Positions 23,618 to 37,366 of a DNA stretch of 64,000 nt are shown here, piece after piece. The position numbers and the translations under genes were made by a program. The DNA is from Podarcis cretensis. Lineage: Eukaryota. How positions within the stretch are numbered: the first letter of the stretch is position 1; each line of letters starts with the position of its first letter. The stretch covers positions 92,070,001-92,134,000 of the forward strand of contig OX638151.1 of NCBI GenBank assembly GCA_951804945.1. The letters run 5' to 3'. The notes under the pieces are model-generated. The model saw nothing but the letters and a program-made list of their open reading frames with translations, did no database searches and was not told the DNA's origin.

Positions 23618-26061
23618 GTGAGTGGAAGTTATTTATCTATCTTTAGATTAATTATATTTTCTCTGTCACCTGCTCAGTGGGGTATTTTAAACTGTTTTTA
23701 AAGCTGTGTGTTAATGTTGTAACCCACCCGGGGCCTTAGGATGAATAGTGGGCAATTAATAACAGTAATAACATGTGACGGCCTGGATAACAGTGTGGCT
23801 GAGTGTGTATTAGACATGCGCTATAAGAGGTGCAGTTGCAAAAGAACCTGAAAAAAATACCTTTCCATAGTCTCTGTCATCCCATCACTTAGGATGGTTG
23901 TCATGGATGCTTCTGTGGGGGATGTGTTTGGCTTTTTTCAGGGGAAGGGCAAATTTTCTCAACCCAATCTGTGAAATTCTCTTTAAAGATTTGCCCTTTG
24001 ATACTTTCATTTTGGAATTCTCCACTCATTTTAACAGAGGCATCCAGACTGTAGCATATTAGTGGGACAGGATCTGTTAGTCCTGCCTTTTACTTGTATG
24101 GCTCGGATTCAGTGGTAGACAGCGGGTTTTCCTGGGGGAAAGTGGCTAGGCAAGCGGAAGTGTGGGATGAGCCCTAAATTGCTTTGGTTCATTCAATGAG
24201 AAAAGTGACCAAGAAATATAACAAATAGTTGGTATGTAAATTTATATCCAGCTCTTCTTTCATCATGGAACTCAATGGCGTTCCCAGGTAGCCTCCCATC
24301 CAGGCATTGATTGCATCCTTTGCCCGGGGAAATGTGGTTTTCTTCACTTCTTTGGGAAATGTGGGGAGCTGGTGCAGACTGGGAGGGACAGATGCCATGT
24401 ATAGCACAAACAATCATTTCATTGGACCAGTTTTCTCTATATATTGCAAGGAAAACTCTGGAATATCTGTGCTGGTTCTTGGCATCATTTCATGCACGTG
24501 TACATTTCACTGGATGCACATCAAAAACAATTATTTCAAGGATCAAAAGCAATCTGATGTTTGAAAAGACATCACTGATATTGTGAAAAGGGGCAGGGGG
24601 AAGAACATTGTAGAGCTACTCCCTTAAGTTGAAATAAAGTTCAAAATTTTGTCAGGGCTTCAATCCTCCTTCATCATTTTGACAACCCTCCACCCCACCC
24701 CTTCTCAGCTAATCTCTTTTTCCCATATATGCCATTCAGTGTGGATTTATACGAGTTGCCTATACATATGGGTTAGCAAGGAATGAAATCTGTGCCTGGT
24801 GTCAGCTTCTGCTCCACCCCTTACTTCCTGACTTCCGTCTCTAGAGTTTTGTAGAATCTGTTTTGATTTAGGGTAACATCTTGGTGTGCCTGTATCTTCA
24901 GTTAATAATGTCAAACACCCCTGCTTCAGATTGTTCAACAATTGTTTGTAACACAGTTGCTGATGAATTGTTAGACCCTCACTTAAAAAGGGGGGGGGAG
25001 AGAAGGTTCATATTAAATATTGAATTGGCAGTTGTGGAGTAAATACAGCACATCAAACTCTGTAACCAGATCCATAATTACTTTCCTGTTCAAAATAAAT
25101 GTATGAGCAAGGGAAGAGCAGGTCACAGCATGCACAGCATCAGAGAGAAGTTGTGCTCTCTGAGCAGTCTTAACAAAAGGCAGTAGGAGAGAGAAGGGGG
25201 GATTTTTGGCTGAAACATAGAAGGCAACCCTCAGGGAAGAGCACTGCATGAAGCTTAGTGAATCAAGTCCTCAGGTTGTCTGGCCAAAGTGAGTATGCAA
25301 AGTTGCAGCTGCGCGCAACATAATAATCTCCAAATGATCATATGTTTGTACTGAAAATTTGGGACAGAATCCAGAGAATGTTATAACATGTTTGATTCCC
25401 TATTAAAATAATTTGGTCTTAGGCGCATCATTAAGCCCTGAATTGTGTTCATCTTATTGAATGCGGCCACAAGTGTTTCTAAAGGTGAGCACTATATAAA
25501 CAAACAGATATTTCTCTGGATTGCAGTGGATAGTTGCAAACATCACCAGCGTATTGAAAAGATGGGGAGGGTTCTTATGTGAAGTGGAAAATTTCCCATC
25601 TTTTCTTTTTCCAAAATGGAAAAGCTTCCCCAAAAGTTCCCAGCACTGTCATGTGTTATAAAATGTCCCACTGTGATTCCCCCCTCTCCCTGCACATGTC
25701 AACATCATACCTCATATAAGGCATATATATCTGTAGCCCTTCCAGAGCTTCCAGGATAGCATTGAAAAGAAATCTGAATGAAAACATTTGGAAGGATGCT
25801 AGACCTTTACAACTGATGCTAAGATTGGCACAGTTTGCTCGCTCTCATAATGAAATTACTTATTTATGCAATTTATGGCACTTGCATTGTAATACTGCTG
25901 GCACCCTCACAATTTCCTGCCATCTCAGAAAATTGTTCCCTTAAGCCTGCCTCTTTTTGCCAGTAAACAAGACCTTGAAGAATCTGCCTCTTAATCTTTT
26001 TACAGCCTTGTAGTGAACAGTCATTTCCTGGCAATTTGATTTTTGATTATTTTGTCTCCAG

Positions 26062-26228
26062 CTTCTCCAGAGATTGCTGGATGACCGCAGACCCACTGTT
26101 GAACTAATCAAGCGTGAAGGGGAGAAAATTGCAGAGTCAGCAGAGCCCGCTGATAAAGAGAAGATCTTGAAACAGCTGAGCCTCCTGGATAGCAGATGGG
26201 ATGCACTGCTTGATAAAGCAGAAACAAG
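26062..26228 (+). CDS. DST: DST exon ([10 protein letters not shown]...DKAETR), phase 0-2
   Basis: gtctccag|CTT ... ACAAG|gtacct. Confidence 0.92.
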
Positions 26229-26636
26229 GTACCTGAAATGTTTGCATTCACTTAGGGGTATAGTAGGGTGTACTCCTTGATACAGCATTAGAAACTAATG
26301 TGGAGCTATAGCAACATTTTCATCCAGTTTCAGATTCGCATTTGAAGCTAAATGAGAAAATGGCTCTGAGTATATTACAAGTTTTATTTTTAGAAATTTC
26401 AGTGAAATAATATGGGGAAATCAGTATCACATAATCACCCGTTCTTGTAGTAAAGTGGATGTCTCCCATAATCTTCCATTTATGGGAACTACTTTTAGGT
26501 GTAGTTCAGAGATTTTCAAAGTAATTCATTGAACATAATTAAACCGAAGTAGTTCTTTCCAAGCGCTGGTTTTAATTTTTTAGTATTTCATACATCCCTC
26601 ATCCCACAAAATGTGCTTTGTTTTCACATATTGTAG

Positions 26637-26796
26637 GAATCGTCAGTTGGAAGGTATCTCAGCTGTAGCACAGCAATTCCATGAAACTTTAGAACCACTG
26701 GTTGAGTGGCTAACCATCACTGAAAAGAAGCTTTCAAATTCAGAACCCATTGGAACACAGGCTTCCAAACTACAACAGCAGATTTCTCAACATAAA
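26637..26796 (+). CDS. DST: DST exon (NRQLEGISA...QISQHK), phase 2-0
   Basis: ttgtag|G ... CATAAA|gtaaga. Confidence 0.93.
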
Positions 26797-27025
26797 GTAA
26801 GATCTTAATGTGCCTTTCATTGCGGCAATTATTTTATGATTTGTAAACCAAAAGTGGAGTTTTCCCCCCAACACATTTTTTTATTACTTTGTTTATATTC
26901 TTCTTTTACCATCAAAGTTATATTCTTTTGGTTGTTCTTGAGTTGTTTTCATATTTGGTTTTATGGTTTCTTCTGTTTGCTTGTTTTTCTTTTCTTTTTC
27001 TTACTGCTTTGAAAACTTCATTTAG

Positions 27026-27352
27026 GCCTTTGAGGAAGACATCGCCACTCGCAACAAAAATTTGGAGCAAGCTATTAATATTGGTCAGGCTTTAAAGGCA
27101 TTGAGCTCCAAGGAAGATAAGGAAATGGTGCAGGAGAAACTAGATTCTTCAGAAGCCCAATACATTGAGATTCGAGAGAAAAGTGGCAGTAGAGCTCAGC
27201 TTCTACAGCAAGCCTATTGCAATGCTCAGATTTTTGGAGAGGATGAAGTTGAATTGATGAATTGGCTGAATGAAGTACATGAGAAACTGAGCAAACTGGC
27301 AGTCCAAGACTACAATACTGACTTGCTTGTGAAACAACAAACTGAAATGCTG
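27026..27352 (+). CDS. DST: DST 327-nt exon (AFEEDIATR...QQTEML), phase 0-0, probable cassette exon
   Basis: catttag|GCC ... ATGCTG|gtattt; 109 codons, one spectrin-repeat length. Confidence 0.9.
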
Positions 27353-27602
27353 GTATTTCCATTTATTTTCTGTTGTTTTTATTTTACCATTTTTAGCATT
27401 ATTTTGTATTACTTCTCATATTTTATTTTTTTATTGTTATAGTCATTTAATCCTGTATCCTGTTCATTTATTTTTAAGCCTTTATCCTCCCCGCACCCTG
27501 CTCCAATTCTCAGAGAGAATAAGTGGCTGCTTATAGACTTACAGTTTTATAGATTTTAAATGATGACTTCTCTGATGATAAAAGCATTCTAAAATTTTCT
27601 AG

Positions 27603-27687
27603 GCTCTCCAAGAAGAGATTCTGCTCAGAAAGCAAAATGTTGATCAGGCTATACAAAATGGTTTGGAGCTTCTCAAACAAACAACAG
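27603..27687 (+). CDS. DST: DST exon ([10 protein letters not shown]...LKQTT), phase 0-1
   Basis: ttttctag|GCT ... ACAG|gtgaga. Confidence 0.92.
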
Positions 27688-27957
27688 GTGAGAAAGCCAT
27701 GAGGAAATTAATGATTTATGACAACAAAGACAAGTAAAGTAGAACTTTTGGGGGCTCACTGACTCCTACTGGAACCTTTTTAAAGCTATTTTTTTTTTAA
27801 AAAAAAAACTTTTTTGTTCATAAGTAATGGGATAAGTAATTATGGGTGCAGTGTGTAATAAAGTTTCACACCGTAATACTATACCTGTCCACTCAGAGGT
27901 AAGCATGGCTGAGCTCAGCAGAGCTTACTCCCAGGTATGTGAAAAGAAAGCAGTAAT

Positions 27958-28110
27958 GAGAGTTGGTGTAGCATAGTGGTTGAGAGCATAAGCTGGGAGT
28001 CCTCAGTTCAAATTTAACCACAGCCATGAACTTCCTAGGTGACATTAGGCAAACCATTAACTCAGCCTCAGCCTTCCTGCTGTAATATTCTACTGGTCTA
28101 CTGTGCAGAG
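27958..28110 (+). mobile_element. Degenerate tRNA-derived SINE head
   Basis: A-box-like gtgtagcatagtgg, B-box-like gttcaaat, followed by cagccatgaac...ggtgac; similar to the element at 10668-10875. Confidence 0.5.
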
Positions 28111-30249
28111 CTATTGGGAAAATTTAGGGCTGATAGAAAATTTCTCAGAAGAAAATTTCTTAACATACGTTTGAACAGTTGGAGAATTTCACTCTACTGC
28201 TGGGGAATATATGGTGAAATAGCATTCCAGATTCATCCTCTTTGAATTTTGAGCACACACTGGATCCAGTTTTAATATTGTTGTGGGGAGCAATAGTCTT
28301 GGCCTCTGCTCCTTCCCATTCTCCTCTCTTAGTCTACTGCTTTCTTGATCAGCCGAGAGGCCATGGGATAAGGTGATGTCGTGAGCCAGCACAAGTGGTT
28401 AGCTGCTACTGTTCTGGAGTGGAGCGTATTCAAAATCCCGGGGCAATACTGCAGGTACTGACCCAGTGTTTTTTGGCATGAGCTCAGGACTATGGCTAGT
28501 GATCCCGCAGTGAAGGTAAGAGTTGTTGTCCCATAGAACAGAAACTTCAATTTGGGAAAGGGAGAGAATGTGAAAAAATGCTACCAGCCCTTGACAGAGC
28601 ATATTTTCCTGCTGAAAATTGGGACTACAAATCCCAGAATGCCTGACAGGAAACTAACTTTTCATGTGTCGTTTCTGTCAGGGAGAGGGAAGGCCTTATC
28701 CTTTATGGAAATAGCATATAGATCATTGCTTTGCCTCTGGAAATTATTTCTCTTAGAGTTCCCATTCCAGGTCTCATCACAAAATGTTCTGCTAGGGACA
28801 AGACCCCCAAATTTTGGGGAGTCTTAGGGTTCAGGGATTTGTAAATGAAGTACAGTGGAGGGTGGTAAAGAAGCTTCTTAAAATTTTGAACTTAACACTA
28901 AAAGCGGCTTGATACTTTTTTTATAGTATTCAGTTGAAACTCTTGAAAAGTTTGGACACCTTTTGGAGCAAACAACAGTGTGATCATTCACTCCTAACTT
29001 GAATATGCATGGTTCTGGAAGAATTTGATTATAGTTTGAATAGTTCCTTATTTTATGATTTTTTAGTAGCACTTCAGCATTTTAAAGCAGTTTGTAATGT
29101 GTGGTATCATGATGCATGTCCATTTGGATCTCAGCCAGTAGATGTAAAGAAGGAGTAAATAGACTGCTTAAACAGCTATATAGAAGAATGTTGTAGTAAA
29201 TGTTTAAAAAAGAGTTTTTTTAAAAAAAAATGGACTGAGTAATTAGTCTACCTATTGCTGTGAGAGAGGCTGCTTTCCCCACAGTGGACCTAGTACTGTG
29301 GGAAAGTTGCATTCCAATTGCACACAGCATGTCTGGCTTGTAGACCAACATCTTCTAAATTTTCCAGTCTCTAACTCCATGAACTCTCCAAGATATACAT
29401 AGTTTGGGGCTGGGAAGAAGGGAGGGAGGAGAGAAGGAGATGAATTACAGAATTAGAACCTGAATTGTTCACTGAAAGGTAAACATATAGTATAACGAAC
29501 AGTGCAGTTTCAATTCTGACTTTTACTCTCTGTATAACGGCAATTGCATGGACATAGCCACTCAAAGAGGAAAATGTTCTTAATTGTAATTAGCGCTGTC
29601 AGTTGATTCATTACCTGCCTTATTTTAATGGATTAAATTTAATTACTGTACATACAACAAAATCTCAATATTTCATGTATATTGGAGAAAAGACATAGTT
29701 GGTTGTTTTTTTAAAGATATAGTCAAATAAAGTTGCCATGCGGTGTTAGAAGGAAAGGCCATCCATCTGCTCCTTAGCTTGATATGCTAGCACGTTATTC
29801 CCATATTCAGAGAGACCGATTCTGAACTTCAGAGCAGGCAAAACCCTGAGCCATGAATACTGAGCTCTGCCTACCATACTGCCTGTCACCTACTCAGAAG
29901 TCATTAGGGCTCCCAGCTTGTACTGATGACTTAATTGGCGTGAGCAAAGATGGGAGTTGTGGTCCAACAACATCTGGATGGCCACAGTTTCCTCATTCCT
30001 GACCTAGAGAATCCTGATTGGCTGAGGCTTGACCTAGATTTATTTTGGTGGAGCCCAATCTAAAATAAGACAGGGATGGGGTGTGGTGGGCTAAAGTTGC
30101 ATGTGCACAGCGAAGCTTCCATGCTTAGAAGGAAAACTAGCTTGATCAGGATGAAATATTTGTTCTATTTTCACCTGTGGACTTCAACCCTAAAAACATC
30201 CTGGTTGCTTTAGATGATTAGTATGTTAAATACCCCTTTTGCATTGCAG

Positions 30250-30491
30250 GTGATGAAGTTGTCATAATTCAAGATAAATTGGAAGGCATTAAAACAAGGT
30301 ACAAGGACATAACTAAGCTGAGTTCTGATGTGTCCAAGACTATAGAACAGGCTCTACAGCTTTCTGGTCAGCTGCAGTCAGCTCATGAGAAACTCTGCAC
30401 TTGGCTGGATAAAGTTGAGGTGGAATTACAGTCGTATGAAGCGCAGGTCCCCAAAGGTGAAGAGTTAAGTCAAGCGCAAGAAAGACAAAAG
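30250..30491 (+). CDS. DST: DST exon ([10 protein letters not shown]...AQERQK), phase 1-0
   Basis: cattgcag|GT ... CAAAAG|gtgagt. Confidence 0.93.
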
Positions 30492-31070
30492 GTGAGTGTA
30501 AAATGCTGTGTTTGCTTGTGGACAGCCTTCCGGGGGCCACATGCCAGTGGGTGGAGCAACAAGCGTGACACTTCCCTTTGTAAAGCTACACAGAAGTTGG
30601 GACATTTTTGCATATATTTACACCTCATGCACATCCCTTCACCAGCTAAGCAAGAAGCATTATCATATTTCAAGAATGCATTTCAGAGTAGGGGAGGGAG
30701 GTGGAGAGAGAGAAGGGGTATTGTTCTTTTGCACTATCACCTTTTATTAGTTTAGAGGTTTGTGTCAGCATCATGTAGGTAGGTCATTTGTTTATTTATT
30801 TATATTGATAGTGTGAGAGGTTAGGGGGTCCCAAGCGTGATTGTAACAAAAGCAAAGGTAGCCAAGTTGAAAAGAGCAATATTTATAGCTTTGGCTTGCA
30901 GCTGTAGCATTTCAACTATGTACTCTTAAACTAAAGGGAAAAAAACAACTGAAGATGGGAGAAGGAGAAAACCAAAAAAGCCCCATGGGTGGAACCTTTG
31001 AGCTGTGCAGATTTTGTTTCTGCGCCAATGTGTTATTTTTAATTTGTTTACCTTAAATATTCCTTTTTAG

Positions 31071-31277
31071 GCACTGCAAAAAGAAGCAAAAGATAATAAA
31101 AGTTTACTGGACACTCTTAACGAAGTCAGCAGTGCTTTGCTTGAACTGGTGCCATGGAGAGCAAGGGAAGGGATAGACAAAATGATCACAGAAGACAACG
31201 AACGGTACAGATTAGTGAGCGACACTATAACTCAGAAAGTGGAAGAAATTGATGCTGCCATTTTCAGATCGCAGCAG
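31071..31277 (+). CDS. DST: DST exon ([10 protein letters not shown]...IFRSQQ), phase 0-0
   Basis: ctttttag|GCA ... CAGCAG|gtaaaa; translated by hand. Confidence 0.92.
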
Positions 31278-34200
31278 GTAAAAATGTCCCTAATTCTCAT
31301 TTCAGTCTATGTGTGATAGGGAAAAAATATGTATATTTATCTGTTCTAGGAATACATCCAGGTGTATATCTGGGAATCCCTACCAAAAGAAAAGGCTGCT
31401 GTTCATATTATTGGCACATGCATGCTACGTCTTTGCAAGAACTGGGGCCAAACTTGAAAAGAGCTTGGTCATAGTTGTCAGACATGAGTCCTAGACCAAA
31501 GCAAATCCAGTCATTGTTGTAGCCATCTGTCTTCTAGTTGACACAGAAATTACAGATCAGTCTCATACTGAGAGGCATTACGAGTGGCATCATGCAGTGA
31601 TCTCAGTGGGAATTTCAGTACAGAAAGAATTGTAAACTCAAACCCTGTAACTTATTATTTATGCTGCTATGTAGGTCATATATCAGCTTGTGTAAATGAA
31701 TGGTTGAAGTAAAGATGTGTACAGTAGCCAGTGGATGCAGTTTTGCAGGAAATATAAACATTATTTGCAGTTGTGGGCAGCATTAAAATGGGCTTAATAT
31801 ATATACACATCAGTGTTTTGTTCGAAGGTTTTCTTTTTCTTTTTTAGAGCTTCTAATTTGTTGGCCCTTTAATTTAGTATGACTCAGTTTATATGCCTCT
31901 CTTTCAAAACAGAATGTTCAGGCCAAAAGTACCTTCTCTGATTATAAATGTGAGATGACAGCAAATGTTTGTGGCTTGTTTCAAATAGATTAAACAGTGT
32001 GATAAAGAATTACTCATGAAAAACATGGAGAAACCTCAGCCCACGTAACTTGCTTTTCAGTCATGATTCATAATTAAAGAATAAGATATGACAGCTTATC
32101 CATTAAATTTCACCTTCAGTTGGAAGTGACTCTGTCACCACAAACATGTAAATTATCAACTTTCTCAAGCAGCTTAATAGGATTATTTCTTGTTCAACCA
32201 GCATATGTTGAAAGCATCAGACATAATGAAGAATTCTGATGACCTCTAAAGGTCGCATGTGCTCCCACCATCATGAGTGGGTCCAATAAAAGTTATCCAC
32301 CTTATCAGTTTCTCTACCGCTTTCTTTTAGGAACATGATTCACATTGAAACTTGTTGTGTATATTTATTTGTCTGTTTAAACTAGACCATTCAAGTATTG
32401 TGCTTCACGAGCATACCAATTGCTCTACAGTAGACTTCTCTAATTTGGTGCCCTCAATATAATTTGGACTCCAGATCGCAGCAGCCCCAGTTAGTATGGC
32501 CAGTGATGGAAACTGTATTTCAAAGCATTTGGAAAGAACCAGGATGGGGAAGGCTCTCAAAGTTCTCCAAAGCTCTCGAGTTCAGTTGAGAACTGGTCGG
32601 TGAGCCCAGGGGAAGTAACAAAGTTGAGGATGGAACATTTGCATATGACAGCAGTGCCTAGTGGGATAATAGACCCTGGCTTCCCTTCCCCTGCGCCATC
32701 CACATGTTGAAGGGGAAGGTCTTAAATGAGGAGTCTGCTTTGTGTGTAGGCTCTGCCTCTGTAGAACCCTTTGTGATCAGGGTGCTAATATAGGTTTATA
32801 CAGTGGGCTCTCTTTTCTTTGGGACCTTCCCCCAGAGTGTGGAAGTCAGGGTACAGCCAGTAGTATTGTCATGGTGGAGGAAACTCAGTGGGCATGAACT
32901 TGCTCTCTTCTCCCATGCATGTTCGGAAAATGATATTTGAAAGAAATCCACTAGTGGTCTCTGAAAGGATAAGATTTTCAGGCGGGGGGGGGGGGGATAT
33001 GTGTATGCTATACTCACGACTTGCGTTCGCACAACTGGACTGTCAACTTCTACCAAGAAGCAATTCCTATTTTGCTGCCCATTGATTTTAATGCCATTGA
33101 TCTAGTCTAACTAAAAAATAATCTCTCTATTGAGGCAGGGAAATAATCTTAAAGATGGACAAGAGCAAGAGGTGTTTAAAGAAAAGCAAGTATTAATATT
33201 ACCTTTGATGTTTGTGAGAATTTTGACAGAGAATTCTGGTTGAAGTATAAAGTATAATGTGGCTCTGACATTTCCTGCTTTCTCTTTGTAACACTTCTGA
33301 AATAAGCTGATTTTGATATACTCCTCAGTGTCACAGAGAGCCCTAGAATTTATTAAAATAAGAATAAACGGTGTGGGTATTATAAGAAGCTGCATTATGT
33401 TCAATCACAGCAACAAGCCACCTAGCCTCACACTCTTAACTACTAGCACTGATTCCAGGATGCTGTGCTGCTGACCTGAAAGTCATTATTCTTCAACAAA
33501 ATAACTTCAAAGGGAAACTTTAGCAAGCAGCTGCTGAACAAAAATTCATCAGCAAGCTTGAAGCTACTTGTTTCAATTTCATTCAAGGCGAAGTTTTTTT
33601 CTCCTCTTACATTAAATTATCATAGCAAAGGGAGGAAAATTATATTGTTGCATATAATTTGTGAATGATCACTGTGTTTATTTCGTATACTTTTGAGCTT
33701 TGCACAGAGACCTCGCACTTGCTGTTCAAAGATATTTGGCCCACTGCTTACAATCTTTACCTTTCTGACTCTGTATGTGTTTGACAAATGCCACTGAAGC
33801 ATGTTGCACTATTCTGCCTTGCCTTACCTGTCCCTTTAAGAATACCCAGATTTCTCTCATCCTCCATCATATCTCTTAAGTGAAGAGGCCACATCTCCTC
33901 TTCCAGGCCTAAATGCACAAACTGTGGAAAGCTTATGGTGTAGCAGGGAAGTTAACGGGCACTATCTTGTTGCCATTGACACCTTGATCGCTTCATCCTC
34001 TATCCCCTCCCAAAGGTGTTGCAACACACGTTCTTAGCTATGTGCAACTCCCTTAGCATTGCAGCTTAAAATACCCACCATTCTAGAACTGGCCTAGAGG
34101 CAGCTTTGCAATTTAGGGTTATACTGGTTCTGATATCCAAAATATAAACAGGTTCTCATAAACTTGGGGCTGTGTAAATGTAACCAGTGCAGTCTTACCA

Positions 34201-34337
34201 CTGAGCTATGATCCCCACCTCTCAATTTTATCAAATGTCTTTTCTGAAATATCTTTTCCATTTAAATCCTCTACCTATCCAGTTGGAGTTATTTTTTTTT
34301 ATGAATTGCTGTTTTATTTTTTCTGTGTTTTCTTTAG

Positions 34338-34457
34338 TTTGATCAAGCAGCCGACACTGAATTAGCCTGGGTTGAGGAAACAGAAAATAAACTGATGTCT
34401 CTGGGTGACATTAGGCTTGAACGTGACCAGACCATTGCTCAGCTACAAGTTCAAAAG
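34338..34457 (+). CDS. DST: DST exon (FDQAADTEL...QLQVQK), phase 0-0
   Basis: tctttag|TTT ... CAAAAG|gtgaac. Confidence 0.92.
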
Positions 34458-34602
34458 GTGAACAAATGTGATTCCATCTGTAATGCAATAATTAATGGCC
34501 ATTACTTTTTCTGCCATGATTTAATTTTCAAACCATTATAGTGCAGGCTTTTGCTCTATGTCCTCATATTCCTAATACCAGAGTATTGTATTATGTAATT
34601 AG

Positions 34603-34710
34603 GCATTTACCATGGAGATTTTGAAACACAAGGATACAATAGAAGAGCTTGTTGCATCTGGGGATGAGATTATGAAGACATGCACGGAAGAGGACAAACA
34701 AACCATGAAG
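34603..34710 (+). CDS. DST: DST exon ([10 protein letters not shown]...DKQTMK), phase 0-0
   Basis: taattag|GCA ... ATGAAG|gtaatg. Confidence 0.9.
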
Positions 34711-34854
34711 GTAATGGAGCATGACTTGCACTTGCTTACCAATAACTTTGAAAATCTGCATGCATAAGGGATTCCTAAGCCATGTTGCTGGAACCACTAA
34801 GATTATGTAAGAGGGGCTGAAATGTGCCTTGAAAGCTTAAGCTGCCTCAAGTTG

Positions 34855-35148
34855 GTTAAACTATGGAACTTGCAGGAGGCAGTGATGGCCTCTAACTTGC
34901 ATGGCTTTAAAAGAGGATTAGACAGATTCATAGAGGATAAAGCTATCAATGGCTTTTAGCCATAATGGCTATGCTCTGCGCAGTTGGAGGCAGCGATGCT
35001 TCTGAATACCAGTTGCTGGAAACCAGAGGAGGGGAAAGTGCTCTTGTGCTTGAATCTTGCATGCTGGTTTTCCACAGGTCATTGTGAGAACAGGATGGGG
35101 GACTAGATCTACCATTGGCCTGATCCAGCAGGTTCATCTTATGTTCTT
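34855..35148 (+). mobile_element. CR1 3' end fragment
   Basis: Same 3' motifs as 21560-21860 (ggattagacagattcatagaggataaagctatcaatggct...tgatccagcagg...ttatgttctta). Confidence 0.75.
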
Positions 35149-35438
35149 AAAACTTACTTGAAATGCCTGTTGAAATTTTAAAAGGCCTTCCGTAGACACT
35201 CAAAATTCAACTGGAAAGAGGGCCTGCCTGATATCAACCAGGAAGGAGTTCCATAGAATTGGACCCAGAATGCTGAATCCACAACTCCTTGGTGGATATG
35301 CCTTCCCCAAGCACCTGCCTACTTGCCCCCTAAGGAGCTAAAAGATTGCCCACTGTGTTATATAGCAAGACTAGTCACCTGCCACAATGTAAATTTCTCC
35401 AACCAAATGCTGGTGTTTGTTGGTAATTTCTTTAATAG

Positions 35439-35657
35439 AAGAAGCTGGGAGACCTCTTGCAGAAGTATAATACACTCTGTCAAATGAACTCTAAGAGGAA
35501 TCTGCAGCTTGAAAGAGCTCAATCTCTAGCCAGTCAGTTCTGGGAGACTTATGAAGAGATTTGGCCATGGCTAACGGAAACAAAAACAGTAATATCACAG
35601 CTTCCAGCACCAGCTCTTGAATATGAAACCCTAAAGCAACAACAAGAAGAGCACCGG
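35439..35657 (+). CDS. DST: DST exon ([10 protein letters not shown]...QQEEHR), phase 0-0
   Basis: ttaatag|AAG ... CACCGG|gtaagt. Confidence 0.92.
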
Positions 35658-37162
35658 GTAAGTTTGCAGTCGTCTTACAAAATGCTGTTAATTGCAAAGG
35701 TCAACAGAAGTGCAGCTCTCTCTTTAGCATGTCACATTCACCAAACCAACCAATATCAGATTTTACATATTTTTTACTCGCTGTTAACAACAACCCAAAA
35801 TCCATTTTTTTATGAAACAAAATTTTACTATTTTAATATAACCACAAGTTTAAGATTATTCTCAAGGCGGAGCAGTCATTGTGAAAAGCGGATTAGTGAA
35901 TTAATTCACTAATTAATCAATTAATTAATTAATTCACTAATTAATTAATTAATTACATTACATTTTTTTTTAAAGGAATGAAAATGTTCAACAGTATCCA
36001 AAATAGTTGGAATGTAAAGCAAGCTGTGGTGTTCCCTAAGGGGAAAAAAATCAAAAATCCACAGTTGGGAAACACCTTAATTTGGACCAGCCAAAATATC
36101 ACAATCTTTTGAGTTCTCCAGAACTCTTAATCAGTCAGGATGTTATGCAAAGCAGAGAATAGGGAAAAGGGGGCAGGGGACAGCAACAAACAACAAAAAT
36201 GGTTGCAGCCACTATGTCTGCATTTAGATTCTGTTTTAAGAGAGATTGCAGGCTGGATTGGACTAGGTGCTGCAGACTCAGTCTCTATCCAGGATTTTGG
36301 GGAAAGAGGTGATGGCTGACCCGAATTCTGGAAACATAAAATCCAGCAGTTACTCAGTTCTGCCTCCAGCCTTAACAAACGACAGAGGTTCCTGATTAGG
36401 CAGAGTGCAGCAATAAAGAGAAACATGGCTGTCTTCATATTAGCAAAGTTGGAGATTAATTATAGAGAGTGTTCTGGGTAGAAAATTCAGCTAAAGCCTT
36501 ATTGAGTAGTAGTGAAGGCACACTGAATACAACAGAAACTGGAGACAAACAAAAGAAAAAGTACCCAGAAGCACCTTCTAAAAGTGAACTTTAAAACTGT
36601 AACAGTTTGTTCCGTTAAGTTATGCTTTAAAAGGAGCTGAACAAAGTGCAACAGTGTGTTGCTTCTATTTTAAAGCACAGCATTTTCTTCGAGTCTCAAA
36701 AATATTGGTTGATCTTAATATGATTCCTTGATGTAACCTTGGAGGTTTGATTTGCTTGCTTTTGTTACAGCACTCGAGCCCTAGCGAGCTATTTATAATC
36801 ATATTTAAACAATTTGGCATCTTCTGGAATGCCATTACTTAATAAATCATTTCGAGTGCCGGACAACTGGCTGAATACTTTTGACTAGTTATATTGTTTT
36901 GCTTCCCAGATTCTGTGCTTTTAAATATCTTGGTTGACTAAAATGTTGTTTTTCTAGTATAAAGGAAACATTATATGCTTAGAGCTGAAAACACAACAAT
37001 AAGGCTAAATGGATATATCCAGTATGAGTTATACTTTGTCCTAGCATACAGATGGGATTGTTTATTTAGACCACCTTGCCAGCTGAACGTGTTGGACGCA
37101 CAGACAGCTGGAATGTGGCGATGTAAGGATTAGATACTGATAAGTGTTTTGCTTTGCTATAG

Positions 37163-37366
37163 CAACTGCGAGAGTTGATTGCTGAACACAAGCCTCATAT
37201 AGATAAGATGAATAAAACTGGACCTCAGCTTCTGGAGTTGAGCCCGCGCGAAGGTTTTTCAATCCAAGAGAAGTATGTAGCAGCTGATGCCCTTTATAGT
37301 CGAATTAAAGAAGATGTCAAAAAGCGAGCTCAGGCATTGGACGAAGCCATTTCTCAGTCTACCCAG
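37163..37366 (+). CDS. DST: DST exon ([10 protein letters not shown]...ISQSTQ), phase 0-0
   Basis: gctatag|CAA ... ACCCAG|gtaaca. Confidence 0.93.

Noticed and set aside
25941-26288. Minus-strand ORFs overlapping DST exons (also 3344, 5921, 27075, 48604, 57642, 62937)
   Set aside because: Antisense shadows of coding exons with no independent support.
32215-32300. Possible hammerhead ribozyme (CTGATGA box) in a Penelope-like remnant; similar decay at 36070-36140
   Set aside because: No GAAA after the putative stem II and no pairing for stems I and III; too degenerate.
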